64,000 nucleotides of DNA from a virus. The translations under genes were made by a program, and so were the position numbers. The notes beneath the pieces were generated by a model. It saw only the letters and a list, made by a program, of their open reading frames with translations. It made no database searches and had not been told where the DNA came from. Positions 49,782-58,809 of the stretch are shown here, piece by piece. Every line of letters starts with the position of its first letter. The first letter of the stretch is position 1. Location: IMG/VR virus record IMGVR_UViG_3300045988_103986, positions 32,001 through 96,000 of that record. One strand, written 5' to 3'.

Positions 49782-50357
49782 TTAGAAACACCATGCCGCT
49801 GCGATGCCGTCCACCTCGGACGCGACGCTCCAGTCTGCTTCACCGCTCCACCCAGTTCTGTCAAAGCAGGTGGTGCTGTTGAGTCTCGGCGAGCGCAAAT
49901 ACCACGCGCGGTTTTTCTTCCGGTTCGCGGCCGTCTGGTAATACTCGTACTGCGTGCCCTCGCCTGGATAGGAGAATGTCCGTGTGCCCTGTACCTCGAT
50001 CTCCGACAACAGGAACAGCGTATCCTCCGTCGTGTCGATAGCCGAACTGGCGCTGCCTGCCGAGGTTTTCTTCGTCACGGCTTTCATCGCAGCCACGACC
50101 TCTGCCGGCATCACCTGTCTCAGCTTCGGGAATGCATTGTACGTTCGCACCAGACAGTTCACCCAACCACAGCTATTGCTCTCTGCACCGTTCATCTTAT
50201 ACTGCGTCGCGTAGGTCGTGTGCATCTGGAATGTCAGCGGAGCCTTGCCCGAGCCGTCGGCATAATCGTCGTGGTTCTTGCCGATGATGTCGATTGCGTA
50301 GGTCGTGTTGTTGATCGTCATGTTGCAGCTGTCGCCGACGTTCCATGTGTCAGGAAC
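49782..50357 (-). repeat. 576-bp near-identical direct repeat, copy B
   Basis: See copy A at 28535-29110. Confidence 0.85.
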
Positions 50358-50699
50358 TTCTTTGTTATGCACAGCGGCAATGATGTCGGGCCAGCTGTTC
50401 TCGGAGAATACAGCCTTGATTAAAACGACGCTAATCGCTTGCGTCGTGGTCGCAGTAACACCGAACTCTGTAAAGCTGATTGTGATCGCGGTATCACCCG
50501 TCGCGGCGACCGTGGGCGAGTATGTGAATCCAGTTGTCACTTCTCTGGTCGCGCCATTGGAATACGTTGCTTCCAGTACCATTCCGGAAACGTCTATGGT
50601 CTCGTCCACTTTATATTCAGTCACTGTCGGTGGTGTCTTTACCGCAATGCTGGAAAGCTCAATTCCTCCAGACTTCTTATAAATCGTGTTTACAATCAT
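49782..50699 (-). CDS. receptor-binding-type protein (N-terminal Ig-like region + C-terminal AWYLRSP module duplicated from 28535-30808)
   Basis: 305 aa. The last ~190 aa are nearly identical to the C-terminus of the 757-aa protein (…NVGDSCNMTINNTTYAIDIIGKNHDDY…LFLLSEIEVQG…AWYLRSPRLNS…AAWCF). Confidence 0.7.
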   Translation of the reverse strand: MIVNTIYKKSGGIELSSIAVKTPPTVTEYKVDETIDVSGMVLEATYSNGATREVTTGFTYSPTVAATGDTAITISFTEFGVTATTTQAISVVLIKAVFSENSWPDIIAAVHNKEVPDTWNVGDSCNMTINNTTYAIDIIGKNHDDYADGSGKAPLTFQMHTTYATQYKMNGAESNSCGWVNCLVRTYNAFPKLRQVMPAEVVAAMKAVTKKTSAGSASSAIDTTEDTLFLLSEIEVQGTRTFSYPGEGTQYEYYQTAANRKKNRAWYLRSPRLNSTTCFDRTGWSGEADWSVASEVDGIAAAWCF

Positions 50700-51025
50700 A
50701 TAGCAGCCTCTTGAATGCTAACCAAGATATTGATATCGCCAGTGGGGATTTTATCGCATGTGAATGTCAGAAGATTTGCCGCCTGTGAGCGAAGCCAGAC
50801 ACCGGCTTCGTAGTATGCGTCCTGCATGGATGAAACAGGAGCAGCCTCAATCCGCTGCTTCGTTTCATCAGCGGAGATTCCGTCAACAACAATAGATTGC
50901 TGCATTGTCGCGCTGTCCCACGCGGAAGCCGGAAGCGTTGCCTGTACGATCTTCACCATAGCAAGGATGACTTTTTCTTTCGTCGGGACCGCTAGATCGT
51001 TATCGTATTTTGAAAGGTTCTTCAT
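50696..51025 (-). CDS. hypothetical structural protein
   Basis: 109-aa ORF with an ATGA overlap to the downstream gene. Confidence 0.55.
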   Translation of the reverse strand: MKNLSKYDNDLAVPTKEKVILAMVKIVQATLPASAWDSATMQQSIVVDGISADETKQRIEAAPVSSMQDAYYEAGVWLRSQAANLLTFTCDKIPTGDINILVSIQEAAI

Positions 51026-51122
51026 TCCGCACCTCCGCTTTTTGCATCAAACAGCACCTCAAAAGAATTTCTGAGGTGTTCTTTGATGCCCCCGGATTTC
51101 TCCGGGGGCTATAACGTGCAAA

Positions 51123-52658
51123 TCAGCCGATTGCAACGACCTTGTAGGTGCCAGCCGCCAGCGTGGTAGCAGTGGAATCAGTCTGGTTGATAACAACAGT
51201 GATGCTGTTGTCCTCGTTCAGAGAGACATCCGCAATTACCATGTCGTTGGTAGCAACTTCGTACACCTGAACCAGCATCGGGAACGTGGGGCCGTTATCC
51301 TGTGCCGCAATGGTCCACGTGTAAGCGCCGCCTGCAGCCGTCAGGACGGGGTTGTTAGTGCTGTACTTCTTGAGGTGTACCGGCATAGCCTGCCAAGTCG
51401 GGGCATTATCCGCGCCGCCGGAGACCAGAATCTGACCGGCCTCACCGGCCCCAGTGGGAGCAAAGAAGGACGGGTCCTTCGTAGCCGTACCATTGAGCGT
51501 GATGGTGTTGTTGGTAGCACCTTCGGCAACAGCATCCAGTTTGTTCTTGTCTTCCTTACTGAACTGCGTGTAGGTGGTGCCTGCGCCGATGTCATCCTGC
51601 GTCAGGACAACGACACCAGTCTTGCCGTTGACAGAGTTGACGTCAGACGGGTTGCAGAGCACGTAGGTCGTGCCGCCCCAACGATACTGCTTGTTCTGGT
51701 AAGCACCTTCCGTCATAACAACGTAGATCTTACCAGTCTCCGGAGTCAGGGCTTCGCCGCCAGCGGTCAGGGACAGCCAGTCAGTTGCAAGCGGGGTCTC
51801 GCCGACGATGTAGGCTTCCACAACGTCATCGACGTAGCTGGGCAGCTGGGCAGCCGGAACAAGGCCGTCAGCGCCGAGGGTCGCAACGCCGTTCGCCGCG
51901 CCTTTCTCGGAAGCAGGAATCTTGGAGTCGAGCTGTTCCTGCGCGTCAGAGGTGAGGCCAGTGATGTACTGTGCGCCAACGATCTCCTTTGCCTCAATGG
52001 CAGTGACGTGGCCGGCAGCGTCAACAGTGACGCCTACAGTGTGCGTGGCATCGCCGTATGCGCCTGCAGTTGCACCGGAGAATGCGTGACCGACGGTGAT
52101 GGTCTTCGCCGTAGGATCAGCAGCAACATGCGTCCACTTGTCACCAGAGGCCAGCGTGAAAGTGTCCGTCTTGGAGCTCGCGGAAACGGTAGCTGCAGCA
52201 GCCTGACCGGCGACCTCAGTCGTATCGTTCTCACTCTGCTTCGGGACATTGATGTTCGACCATGCGTTCTGGTTGACTTCGCCGCCGCCAGCAACCGCGT
52301 TCTTGACCGCAGTGTCGAGGGCTGCCATAGCCTGCTGGATTGTCATGTCCTTTGCGACATAACCATCGTCAACAGGCGTATAGCCGGTCAGAGTCAGTTC
52401 GACGACATTCTTGGTGGTTACAGTGCCGGTGGAATCGAGGCCAACGATGACTGCACCGGTGCTGCCTTCCTGGTTGTAGACAACACCTACGGGCTTCCAG
52501 CGTTCGCCATCAAACTGATAAATGACCTTATCAGTGCTGTTGGTGTAAATCTGACCGAACTTCGGGTTCGCAGGCGCAGTAGCCAGCGGCTGAATGACAG
52601 CATTCTGAAGTTCATTTTTGCTGAGGTCAAGATTTACGAGGAAGGTTCTTTTGCTCAT
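51123..52658 (-). CDS. tail fibre protein
   Basis: N-terminus LDLSKNELQNAVIQPLATAPANPKFGQIYTNSTDK..Y.FDGERW is a common fibre N-terminus. Internal motif DVNSVNGKTGVVVLTQDDIGAGTTYTQFSKEDKNKLD. Confidence 0.7.
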   Translation of the reverse strand: MSKRTFLVNLDLSKNELQNAVIQPLATAPANPKFGQIYTNSTDKVIYQFDGERWKPVGVVYNQEGSTGAVIVGLDSTGTVTTKNVVELTLTGYTPVDDGYVAKDMTIQQAMAALDTAVKNAVAGGGEVNQNAWSNINVPKQSENDTTEVAGQAAAATVSASSKTDTFTLASGDKWTHVAADPTAKTITVGHAFSGATAGAYGDATHTVGVTVDAAGHVTAIEAKEIVGAQYITGLTSDAQEQLDSKIPASEKGAANGVATLGADGLVPAAQLPSYVDDVVEAYIVGETPLATDWLSLTAGGEALTPETGKIYVVMTEGAYQNKQYRWGGTTYVLCNPSDVNSVNGKTGVVVLTQDDIGAGTTYTQFSKEDKNKLDAVAEGATNNTITLNGTATKDPSFFAPTGAGEAGQILVSGGADNAPTWQAMPVHLKKYSTNNPVLTAAGGAYTWTIAAQDNGPTFPMLVQVYEVATNDMVIADVSLNEDNSITVVINQTDSTATTLAAGTYKVVAIG

Positions 52659-52676
52659 TTTACTTTCTCCTTTGCG

Positions 52677-53135
52677 TTAATTTAGATATGCAACTCCAGA
52701 AAACGGAGATGCAAACAACAGAATGACATTGTTGCTATCCACATACTGAACTTCTCCAACAACCTCAGAGCCGGCGCTGTCAGCAACCGTTACAGACGGA
52801 TATTTACCCATATTATGAGCGATTTCCCACTTCTTTTCGGCGGTTGCCTGTGTAAATGTGAAGCTCTTGTCTCCACCTCCACCGGATTCAGCCCCTAGAT
52901 GCTTCAGCGTTTTATCAGGTTGGATGATATACGCGTCGGCTGAAGAATCTGTCAGAACGTGAATGATTTGGCTGTAAAAGTACAGTGTGTCGGTCGAGCC
53001 AGGAGGACCAGCAGTTGCAGCAGCAGCTTGCGCTTCTTCGAGCGATGAGAAATACGAGTTGTATTCTGCTGGAATCGCAGACGTCATTGCGAAGGACACG
53101 CTCATGCCAAGCTTCGGAACGTTTGGAAGTGCCAT
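52677..53135 (-). CDS. hypothetical structural protein
   Basis: 152-aa ORF. Confidence 0.5.
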   Translation of the reverse strand: MALPNVPKLGMSVSFAMTSAIPAEYNSYFSSLEEAQAAAATAGPPGSTDTLYFYSQIIHVLTDSSADAYIIQPDKTLKHLGAESGGGGDKSFTFTQATAEKKWEIAHNMGKYPSVTVADSAGSEVVGEVQYVDSNNVILLFASPFSGVAYLN

Positions 53136-53151
53136 CTTTGTTCCTCCTTTC

Positions 53152-54177
53152 TCAAATGGTTACGTTGTAGGTGTTCTTTGTGTCGTTTGGAGTTGCAAAA
53201 TCCAGGGTGTAGACTTTGTAAGGAATCGATAGATACGATGCCGCGCCCTCGACTTCTACAGTTGCCTGTGTAAATGCGGTCGTAATGTCGGCGTTCAGGC
53301 CATTTACGTCCTTGATGCTCGTTACATCTCGCAGGGTTGCCGGGTATGCAATAATGACCCGCAGTGCGCCAACCGGAATCGTTACGCTGAACGTCGAGCC
53401 GTTTGCGTATGCTCGGTTCGATTTCTGCGCAAGGCCACGAATCACAGCACTATCCGTTGCTGCTTCCTTGTCGGTCGTCGTTCCGTAGAAGGAATTGCGG
53501 TATCCGGTGATTGCACCGGTAGCGGCAGATTTCGTTCCACCCTTGATTTGACCAGCCGGATATTCCTGATCTAGTGCGGTAAATGGAATCTCACCATCGC
53601 TGTATGTGCAGTTGAGCGTAATCCTGTAGTTTGCACCATCTGGTACGATATAGGCCGCAAACGCGCCGCTCTGCGCCGCGATTTGTTCAGATGTAACGTT
53701 GTTGACAGCGGACCAGCTTTGTGCAACAACACCTGTCGGCTTTGGTTTGTATTCGTAGGCCCCCGGATTCAGCGACCCATTGTATGCAGGCGTGACACTT
53801 GTTCCGACTTCATATGCCCTTGCCGTAGAACTCGATACACTTACAGATGGCTGTGTAATCGTCGGATTTTTATCCTGGGAAAAAGCGTCAAGGACTACTG
53901 CCTGCACACTTATGTTTTCTGCGGGAACCGTGACTTTACCGTCAACAGGCACATATCGGCCAAACTGTTCCGTGAGCACAAGATCTTTCGTGAATAGAAC
54001 TTGGTCTGCCGTCGGGGTCTCACCCGTACCGCCGCTGCCCGGCTTATACCAAAGAGCGCCGGTCTCATCGACTCCGACTTGTGCCGTCATCTCGTCGGTC
54101 TTCGGAATCGCCTTTACGCCGCCGAGCGCTTCTTCGCTGGCGACCGGAAGCTCATAAGCCTCCGGTTTATCGGTCAA
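53152..54177 (-). CDS. fibre-like protein, probably the 3' part of a gene split from 54273-54818
   Basis: The only start is TTG 54177. The same frame stays open upstream to 54318 and encodes AVKTTAQALSDAEKQQARENIGAGTSDFDGSYNSL with no start codon. Confidence 0.55.
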   Translation of the reverse strand: MTDKPEAYELPVASEEALGGVKAIPKTDEMTAQVGVDETGALWYKPGSGGTGETPTADQVLFTKDLVLTEQFGRYVPVDGKVTVPAENISVQAVVLDAFSQDKNPTITQPSVSVSSSTARAYEVGTSVTPAYNGSLNPGAYEYKPKPTGVVAQSWSAVNNVTSEQIAAQSGAFAAYIVPDGANYRITLNCTYSDGEIPFTALDQEYPAGQIKGGTKSAATGAITGYRNSFYGTTTDKEAATDSAVIRGLAQKSNRAYANGSTFSVTIPVGALRVIIAYPATLRDVTSIKDVNGLNADITTAFTQATVEVEGAASYLSIPYKVYTLDFATPNDTKNTYNVTI

Positions 54178-54272
54178 ACTGTTGTACGAGCCATCAAAGT
54201 CCGACGTGCCAGCGCCGATGTTCTCCCTAGCCTGTTGCTTCTCTGCGTCAGAGAGTGCCTGCGCCGTTGTTT

Positions 54273-54818
54273 TTACCGCGTGCGTCTGAAGATGTATCCA
54301 GCTCCGTTTTTGAGGTCCTTATTGTCCGTTGGAACAGTTATGTCAACCGTCTTATTATTGATTGACTGTTCAATCCCATTGACCGAGATGGTGTCGATTT
54401 TACCGCCGTTCTCCGAAACGAACTTCGATATGCCGCCAGCTTCCGCGACAGTTCCATCCGGGTCGTAAGTGGCCTTCAGCATATCTCCGCCGCCAGCGTT
54501 TTCGATTGCATCCGCGACGGCCTTTTCGCTCGGTACTTTGTCTGCGCTCGTTCCAAGCTGTTGGGTGATGTCATCCTTCGAAACCGCACCAACATCAGAA
54601 GCATTGAGCTCGACTGCCCCCGTTTTCCCGTTTACGCTGGTTACGGGAGTGGCAGTGGTTTCCCATTCTGTCGGGTTTCCATTTTCATCGACGCTCTTTA
54701 CTACCGGGATTTGACCAGGAGTAGCACCGGTGATGCCAAGGGAAGGATCTCCGCTTTCGACTACGTAAGTGTCCGGAAGGCCCGGAAACTTTATTGTTTT
54801 TAATGGAACATTCGCCAT
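54273..54818 (-). CDS. fibre-like protein (SVNGKTGAVEL and DLKNGAGYI motifs), probably the 5' part of a split gene
   Basis: 181 aa. PVTSVNGKTGAVELNASDVGAV...VPTDNKDLKNGAGYIFRRTR-stop. The frame ends 5 codons after the GAGYI motif. Confidence 0.6.
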   Translation of the reverse strand: MANVPLKTIKFPGLPDTYVVESGDPSLGITGATPGQIPVVKSVDENGNPTEWETTATPVTSVNGKTGAVELNASDVGAVSKDDITQQLGTSADKVPSEKAVADAIENAGGGDMLKATYDPDGTVAEAGGISKFVSENGGKIDTISVNGIEQSINNKTVDITVPTDNKDLKNGAGYIFRRTR

Positions 54819-54836
54819 AGTGCGGCCACCTCTTTC

Positions 54837-55535
54837 TCATTCCCAAAAAATACTTATATTTCCGGCTCCGTCGTCCTTCGCTCCAGCTCCGGGAATGCTG
54901 GTAATCACAACGTTCCCGTCGCCAAGGTCTGCCGCACCAAACGTGCCGGCACCAATGTTTTCTCGCGCCTGCAGTTTCTGTTCTGCGGTCAGATCTTGTG
55001 CTTGATCGTACAGGACAGCGCCGGTCCCGGCCTTATCTGCGCCGATGTTCTTACGTGCCTGTTCTTGCTGTTCTTCCGTGAGATCTTGCTGGATGTCATA
55101 TCGTACTGTGCCTTCTGGAGTGACCGTAACGCCGGCCGCGTTGATTCTGATATAAATCAGCCCGGTAACGCCGCTGTTATCAGAAGTGTTTCGGTTGACA
55201 CTGCTACCTGTCGAGCTGTCTTTTCCGATGATTCCTCGGCTCAAAGCTTTCGCCACGTCAATCGACTCGCCAGAACCGCCAAAGATTGAGCCGTCCGAGA
55301 ACTCCACTCTTGCCTGCGGCTCAACATAGCCGCGCATGGCAAATGTCTGTTTTTGCGTGAGCGGCATCATCCACTTTCCGTTTTCATAGGTGACGTTTCC
55401 TGGATACTGCCTTGAAAGACTGCCGAGGTTCAAAACCACGGTCTTCACGATATCTGGCGTAATGAGCGTCCCATCCAATGCCTGCAGCATAAAAGGGACT
55501 GCGTATTTATCTCCCTGTGTCATTGAAACAGCCAT
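54837..55535 (-). CDS. fibre/baseplate-type protein with (E)Q(x)QAR(K/E)NIGA repeats
   Basis: LTEEQQEQARKNIGADKAG...LTAEQKLQARENIGAGTFG, a motif common in phage fibres. Confidence 0.6.
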   Translation of the reverse strand: MAVSMTQGDKYAVPFMLQALDGTLITPDIVKTVVLNLGSLSRQYPGNVTYENGKWMMPLTQKQTFAMRGYVEPQARVEFSDGSIFGGSGESIDVAKALSRGIIGKDSSTGSSVNRNTSDNSGVTGLIYIRINAAGVTVTPEGTVRYDIQQDLTEEQQEQARKNIGADKAGTGAVLYDQAQDLTAEQKLQARENIGAGTFGAADLGDGNVVITSIPGAGAKDDGAGNISIFWE

Positions 55536-56854
55536 CAGATCCCCTCCAGTTTGATTTTTGTGCTTACGCTCTTATCGCCATAGGTTGCTGTAACGATCAG
55601 CGGTTTTGTATCTCCCTGCCAGCATGTAATCGTCACAGAGTTCTCGCTGATATCTGCACTGTACGCCATTGTGTCCGGACCTTCGAATGTGTACGTGACT
55701 ATATCTTCCGTCTGCTCGCCGAGGTCAAAGTATGCTGCCGTCAGCGTGCAACTTTCATAGGATTTCAGCCGTTCCGGAGTAGTCCCAAGGAATGCGATTT
55801 CCGGCTCTTCCGAAATAGGCTCAACCATCAATTCATAATCCATAAAAATGTCCTGATTCTGTGCCAGCGAGCATCGGATCACACATTTTCCTCCGGAGAC
55901 GGCCGTAACGAGTCCATCCGGTCTCACGATTGCCACCTCATCATTCAGTGACGTCCAAATGTAATTCACCGGGTGTGCTTCTGTGCTCGCTGCGTATTCT
56001 CCGCAGCGGATACTTGTAGCGGTCAGCAAGCCCTTCTGGCCGGCTTTTATCTTTGGTTGTCCGTTCACTCGAATTTCCCAAGAAAACGTCTTGCCGCCCG
56101 CCACATGGCGCTCCATGTCGTCTATTTCTTCGTTCGGTGGATCATATCTGGCCGTGAATTCAAGCAGCCGGACAGAATCATAGTCGCCGGTGAATTCCTG
56201 TGCATAGTCACCAAAGCCTGTGATGTGATAGGCAGCTGACCCCAGAATGATTCTGCTGTTTGTGTTCAGTTTCTTCGTCTCTTCGTTTCGCTGGCATGTG
56301 ATATTGACATAGCCCTTCGTGATAAGGGCATATTCCTGCATGTCGCTTTCGTTCGCGGTCAAGATTGCCTTTTCAACGCAAATTGGCTCTTTCAGGAGAT
56401 TGCCGTACCAGTCCAGATGGTTCCACGTCGACCGGCAGCGCTGTATGACTCCGCCGCCAATCGCGTTTGAGATGTTCTGTGGATTCGTGACCAGCCAGAT
56501 ACTTCCCATTGCCTCGATTTTCGTTCCTTCTGGAACGTACTCGATGCTTTCGTCCGCAAAGATGATGTTCTTGTAGTCATCCTGTTTCCGGAGCGTAGAC
56601 GCTGTTTCCGGTGCGATATCCGCCATGCGGATCATCGTTGTTTCCCATTCATACGGCGCATCCGGGTTTAGGCCCTGCACGCGGGCTGCAAAGAAGTCTG
56701 TAGCGTACTTTGCGTACTGATGTACAAATTCTGTGCTGGGGTCTCCAAGGTATTGCCGCTGTCGGCCAGCATATTGCGCCGGAGCATTTCGAATCGCCGT
56801 CTTCAGTCGGCCAGACACAATCAGGCCGTTCGTGATGTTGTCCGAGATCGGCAT
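55535..56854 (-). CDS. structural protein with Ig-like (Big_2-type) domain
   Basis: 439 aa. LTATSIRCGEYAAST...YIWTSLNDEVAIVRPDGLVTAVSGGKCVIRC. Confidence 0.55.
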   Translation of the reverse strand: MPISDNITNGLIVSGRLKTAIRNAPAQYAGRQRQYLGDPSTEFVHQYAKYATDFFAARVQGLNPDAPYEWETTMIRMADIAPETASTLRKQDDYKNIIFADESIEYVPEGTKIEAMGSIWLVTNPQNISNAIGGGVIQRCRSTWNHLDWYGNLLKEPICVEKAILTANESDMQEYALITKGYVNITCQRNEETKKLNTNSRIILGSAAYHITGFGDYAQEFTGDYDSVRLLEFTARYDPPNEEIDDMERHVAGGKTFSWEIRVNGQPKIKAGQKGLLTATSIRCGEYAASTEAHPVNYIWTSLNDEVAIVRPDGLVTAVSGGKCVIRCSLAQNQDIFMDYELMVEPISEEPEIAFLGTTPERLKSYESCTLTAAYFDLGEQTEDIVTYTFEGPDTMAYSADISENSVTITCWQGDTKPLIVTATYGDKSVSTKIKLEGI

Positions 56855-56884
56855 GATATCCAGCCACCTCTTTCCGAATTTGAA

Positions 56885-57598
56885 TCAGAGCATCGAGAAT
56901 ACGCGCCGCATGGGGTTGACTCTGCGCATGTAGGCACATTCCTGCTCATATCCGCGCAACTCCGAATAGAAGAGCTGCAGATTTTCTTTGTACCGTGCCG
57001 TCGACTCCTTCATCGTTGTGTTCTCGTTCGGCGTGTTGAAACTCTTATCCTTGACCTTCGGCTGGATGTTCAGCCACTCCCGGTTGAACCGGTTATCCCA
57101 TGTCACAGCGATTGCCAGCCCGAGAAGTCTCTTTTGCCGGAATGTCAGGTCATGAGCGAACTGACCATCCGTGTAAAAGTCCAGCCTGTACTCCACGTCG
57201 GCGCTGTCCTGCTGTGGGAATGTCACCATGCCGGTTTCTGGGTCATACGTAAAGTCTGTATATGGGAAGAACGCCGCATCTCCGTTTCGTGCATACTGGA
57301 CGCTCACGCAGTTGCAAAGCTCATAGCCGACCTTTCCGGTTTCGACGACAGTCTCCTGCGTTGTGCTGATCTGGTCGCTTGTCCACTCAAAGTCAGCATA
57401 CTGCGGCTCTACGAGGCCATCTGTCAGGTAGACCAGCAGTTCAGGTGGACTTTTTAGCATTGGGATTGCCATCCCCATCCAGGAGCTCATGCGGCGGAAG
57501 AAGAGTGCCGCATCGGTTCTCAGATCGTCTTGCATCCGGTCATCGCCGATTACTACCATTGCAGAATTTGTAATGATGTCGCTCCAAGCAGTCCCCAT
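56885..57598 (-). CDS. hypothetical structural protein
   Basis: 237-aa ORF. Confidence 0.5.
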   Translation of the reverse strand: MGTAWSDIITNSAMVVIGDDRMQDDLRTDAALFFRRMSSWMGMAIPMLKSPPELLVYLTDGLVEPQYADFEWTSDQISTTQETVVETGKVGYELCNCVSVQYARNGDAAFFPYTDFTYDPETGMVTFPQQDSADVEYRLDFYTDGQFAHDLTFRQKRLLGLAIAVTWDNRFNREWLNIQPKVKDKSFNTPNENTTMKESTARYKENLQLFYSELRGYEQECAYMRRVNPMRRVFSML

Positions 57599-57747
57599 TA
57601 TTCCCAGTCCTCGCTTTCATACGAGTCTCTATCCATGACTGCCATGTACTCTTCCCGAATACAGTTCGCGGCGGTTTCATCCTGAATCAGTTCCAGAAGT
57701 TCCTCAATTACGCCGCAAAGCGCTTCGATTTTTTCCTTGCTGTCCAT
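57598..57747 (-). CDS. small acidic protein, 49 aa (below the ORF-track cutoff)
   Basis: Hand translation MDSKEKIEALCGVIEELLELIQDETAANCIREEYMAVMDRDSYESEDWE. RBS aaaggcggcgg. TAATG overlap with the next gene. Confidence 0.45.
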   Translation of the reverse strand: MDSKEKIEALCGVIEELLELIQDETAANCIREEYMAVMDRDSYESEDWE

Positions 57748-57774
57748 GATGTGACCGCCGCCTTTCCTATAACG

Positions 57775-58770
57775 TTAAGCCGTGACAGTGACAGTGCATT
57801 GTGCCTGTCCCGCCAGATAGTTTTCATTTTCATCCTGCGTGACAGTGATAACCGTCTCGCCGGCAGTCAGCGCTTCAACAGTGACGTTCGAACTTTCATC
57901 TACATCGCCAAGCGCTGCGACCTCTGGCACGCTGTTCTCAACGCGCATCTCCCCATTGGAGCTGGTCGTGATTTTAAATGTATCGCTCGTTCCGGCCGAC
58001 ATCTCCAGCGCATCCGGACTGACGCTCAGTCCAGCAGCTGCCTTTGCAATCGCCCACGGAACGATAATTGTTCCCTTGTAGTCCCCCTTGCCGTCAATAC
58101 GCAGAGAATAGGCCCCAGCATTCGTACCGGTATTGTCTGCGACGGCATAGTCTGTGTCTTCCGTCAGCGCATTACCGCCGAGTGTTACGCTTTTAACCTC
58201 TTTGGTCTGCTCGCTGCCGGTATAGGTGAGTGCATCTCCGACAACGACATCGGCGTTTTCCAGACTCAGTTTGACGGTCATAGATTCTTCGAGGTTGTAG
58301 AAGAATCCAGCCCGTACTCCATTGGCCGTGATGATATAACCGCCAATCGCCAGCTCATATTCGCCAGCTTTTGTCTGTGGGATCTCATATCCGCCACGAG
58401 AGATCTTCGCGCCCGAGACAGTTGAAATCGCTACAACGCCGTGTGTTTTGTTCGCCATCCCCCACCGGACGTGCAGATAAGTAAGCGTTGCAGCCGCGTT
58501 GAAGACAATGTACTCAATCGGGCCGTTGTATCGAACGGTATAGACCGTTCCTTCCTGCACGGCGGTCAGTTGTGTCTCTCGGTTGAGTTTCACGGTAAAA
58601 GCTGCCGCCGATTGCATTTCGACGCCGAGGATATCTGCTTCTGAGCCGCGCCAGTCAAGGCCGGGGAAGCCATTCTGTACTGCAGTGCGGATATCCGGCA
58701 GGACGTTCATATTCGCCGCGTATGCGGACGCAGGCACAAAGGAAAATTCACTATAGGCAGGACTACTCAT
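57775..58770 (-). CDS. structural/decoration protein with MBG-type and Big_2-type Ig-like domains
   Basis: RBS aaagagg, then ATG 58770. LTYTGSEQTKEVKSVTLGGNALTEDTDYAVADNTGTNAGAYSLRIDGKGDYKGT (MBG pattern); the C-terminus LEMSAGTSDTFKITTS...VTVEALTAGETVITV is Big_2-like. Confidence 0.6.
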   Translation of the reverse strand: MSSPAYSEFSFVPASAYAANMNVLPDIRTAVQNGFPGLDWRGSEADILGVEMQSAAAFTVKLNRETQLTAVQEGTVYTVRYNGPIEYIVFNAAATLTYLHVRWGMANKTHGVVAISTVSGAKISRGGYEIPQTKAGEYELAIGGYIITANGVRAGFFYNLEESMTVKLSLENADVVVGDALTYTGSEQTKEVKSVTLGGNALTEDTDYAVADNTGTNAGAYSLRIDGKGDYKGTIIVPWAIAKAAAGLSVSPDALEMSAGTSDTFKITTSSNGEMRVENSVPEVAALGDVDESSNVTVEALTAGETVITVTQDENENYLAGQAQCTVTVTA

Positions 58771-58809
58771 GTTAAAACCTCTTTCCTGCGCCCGGATACG
58801 GCGCAAAGT

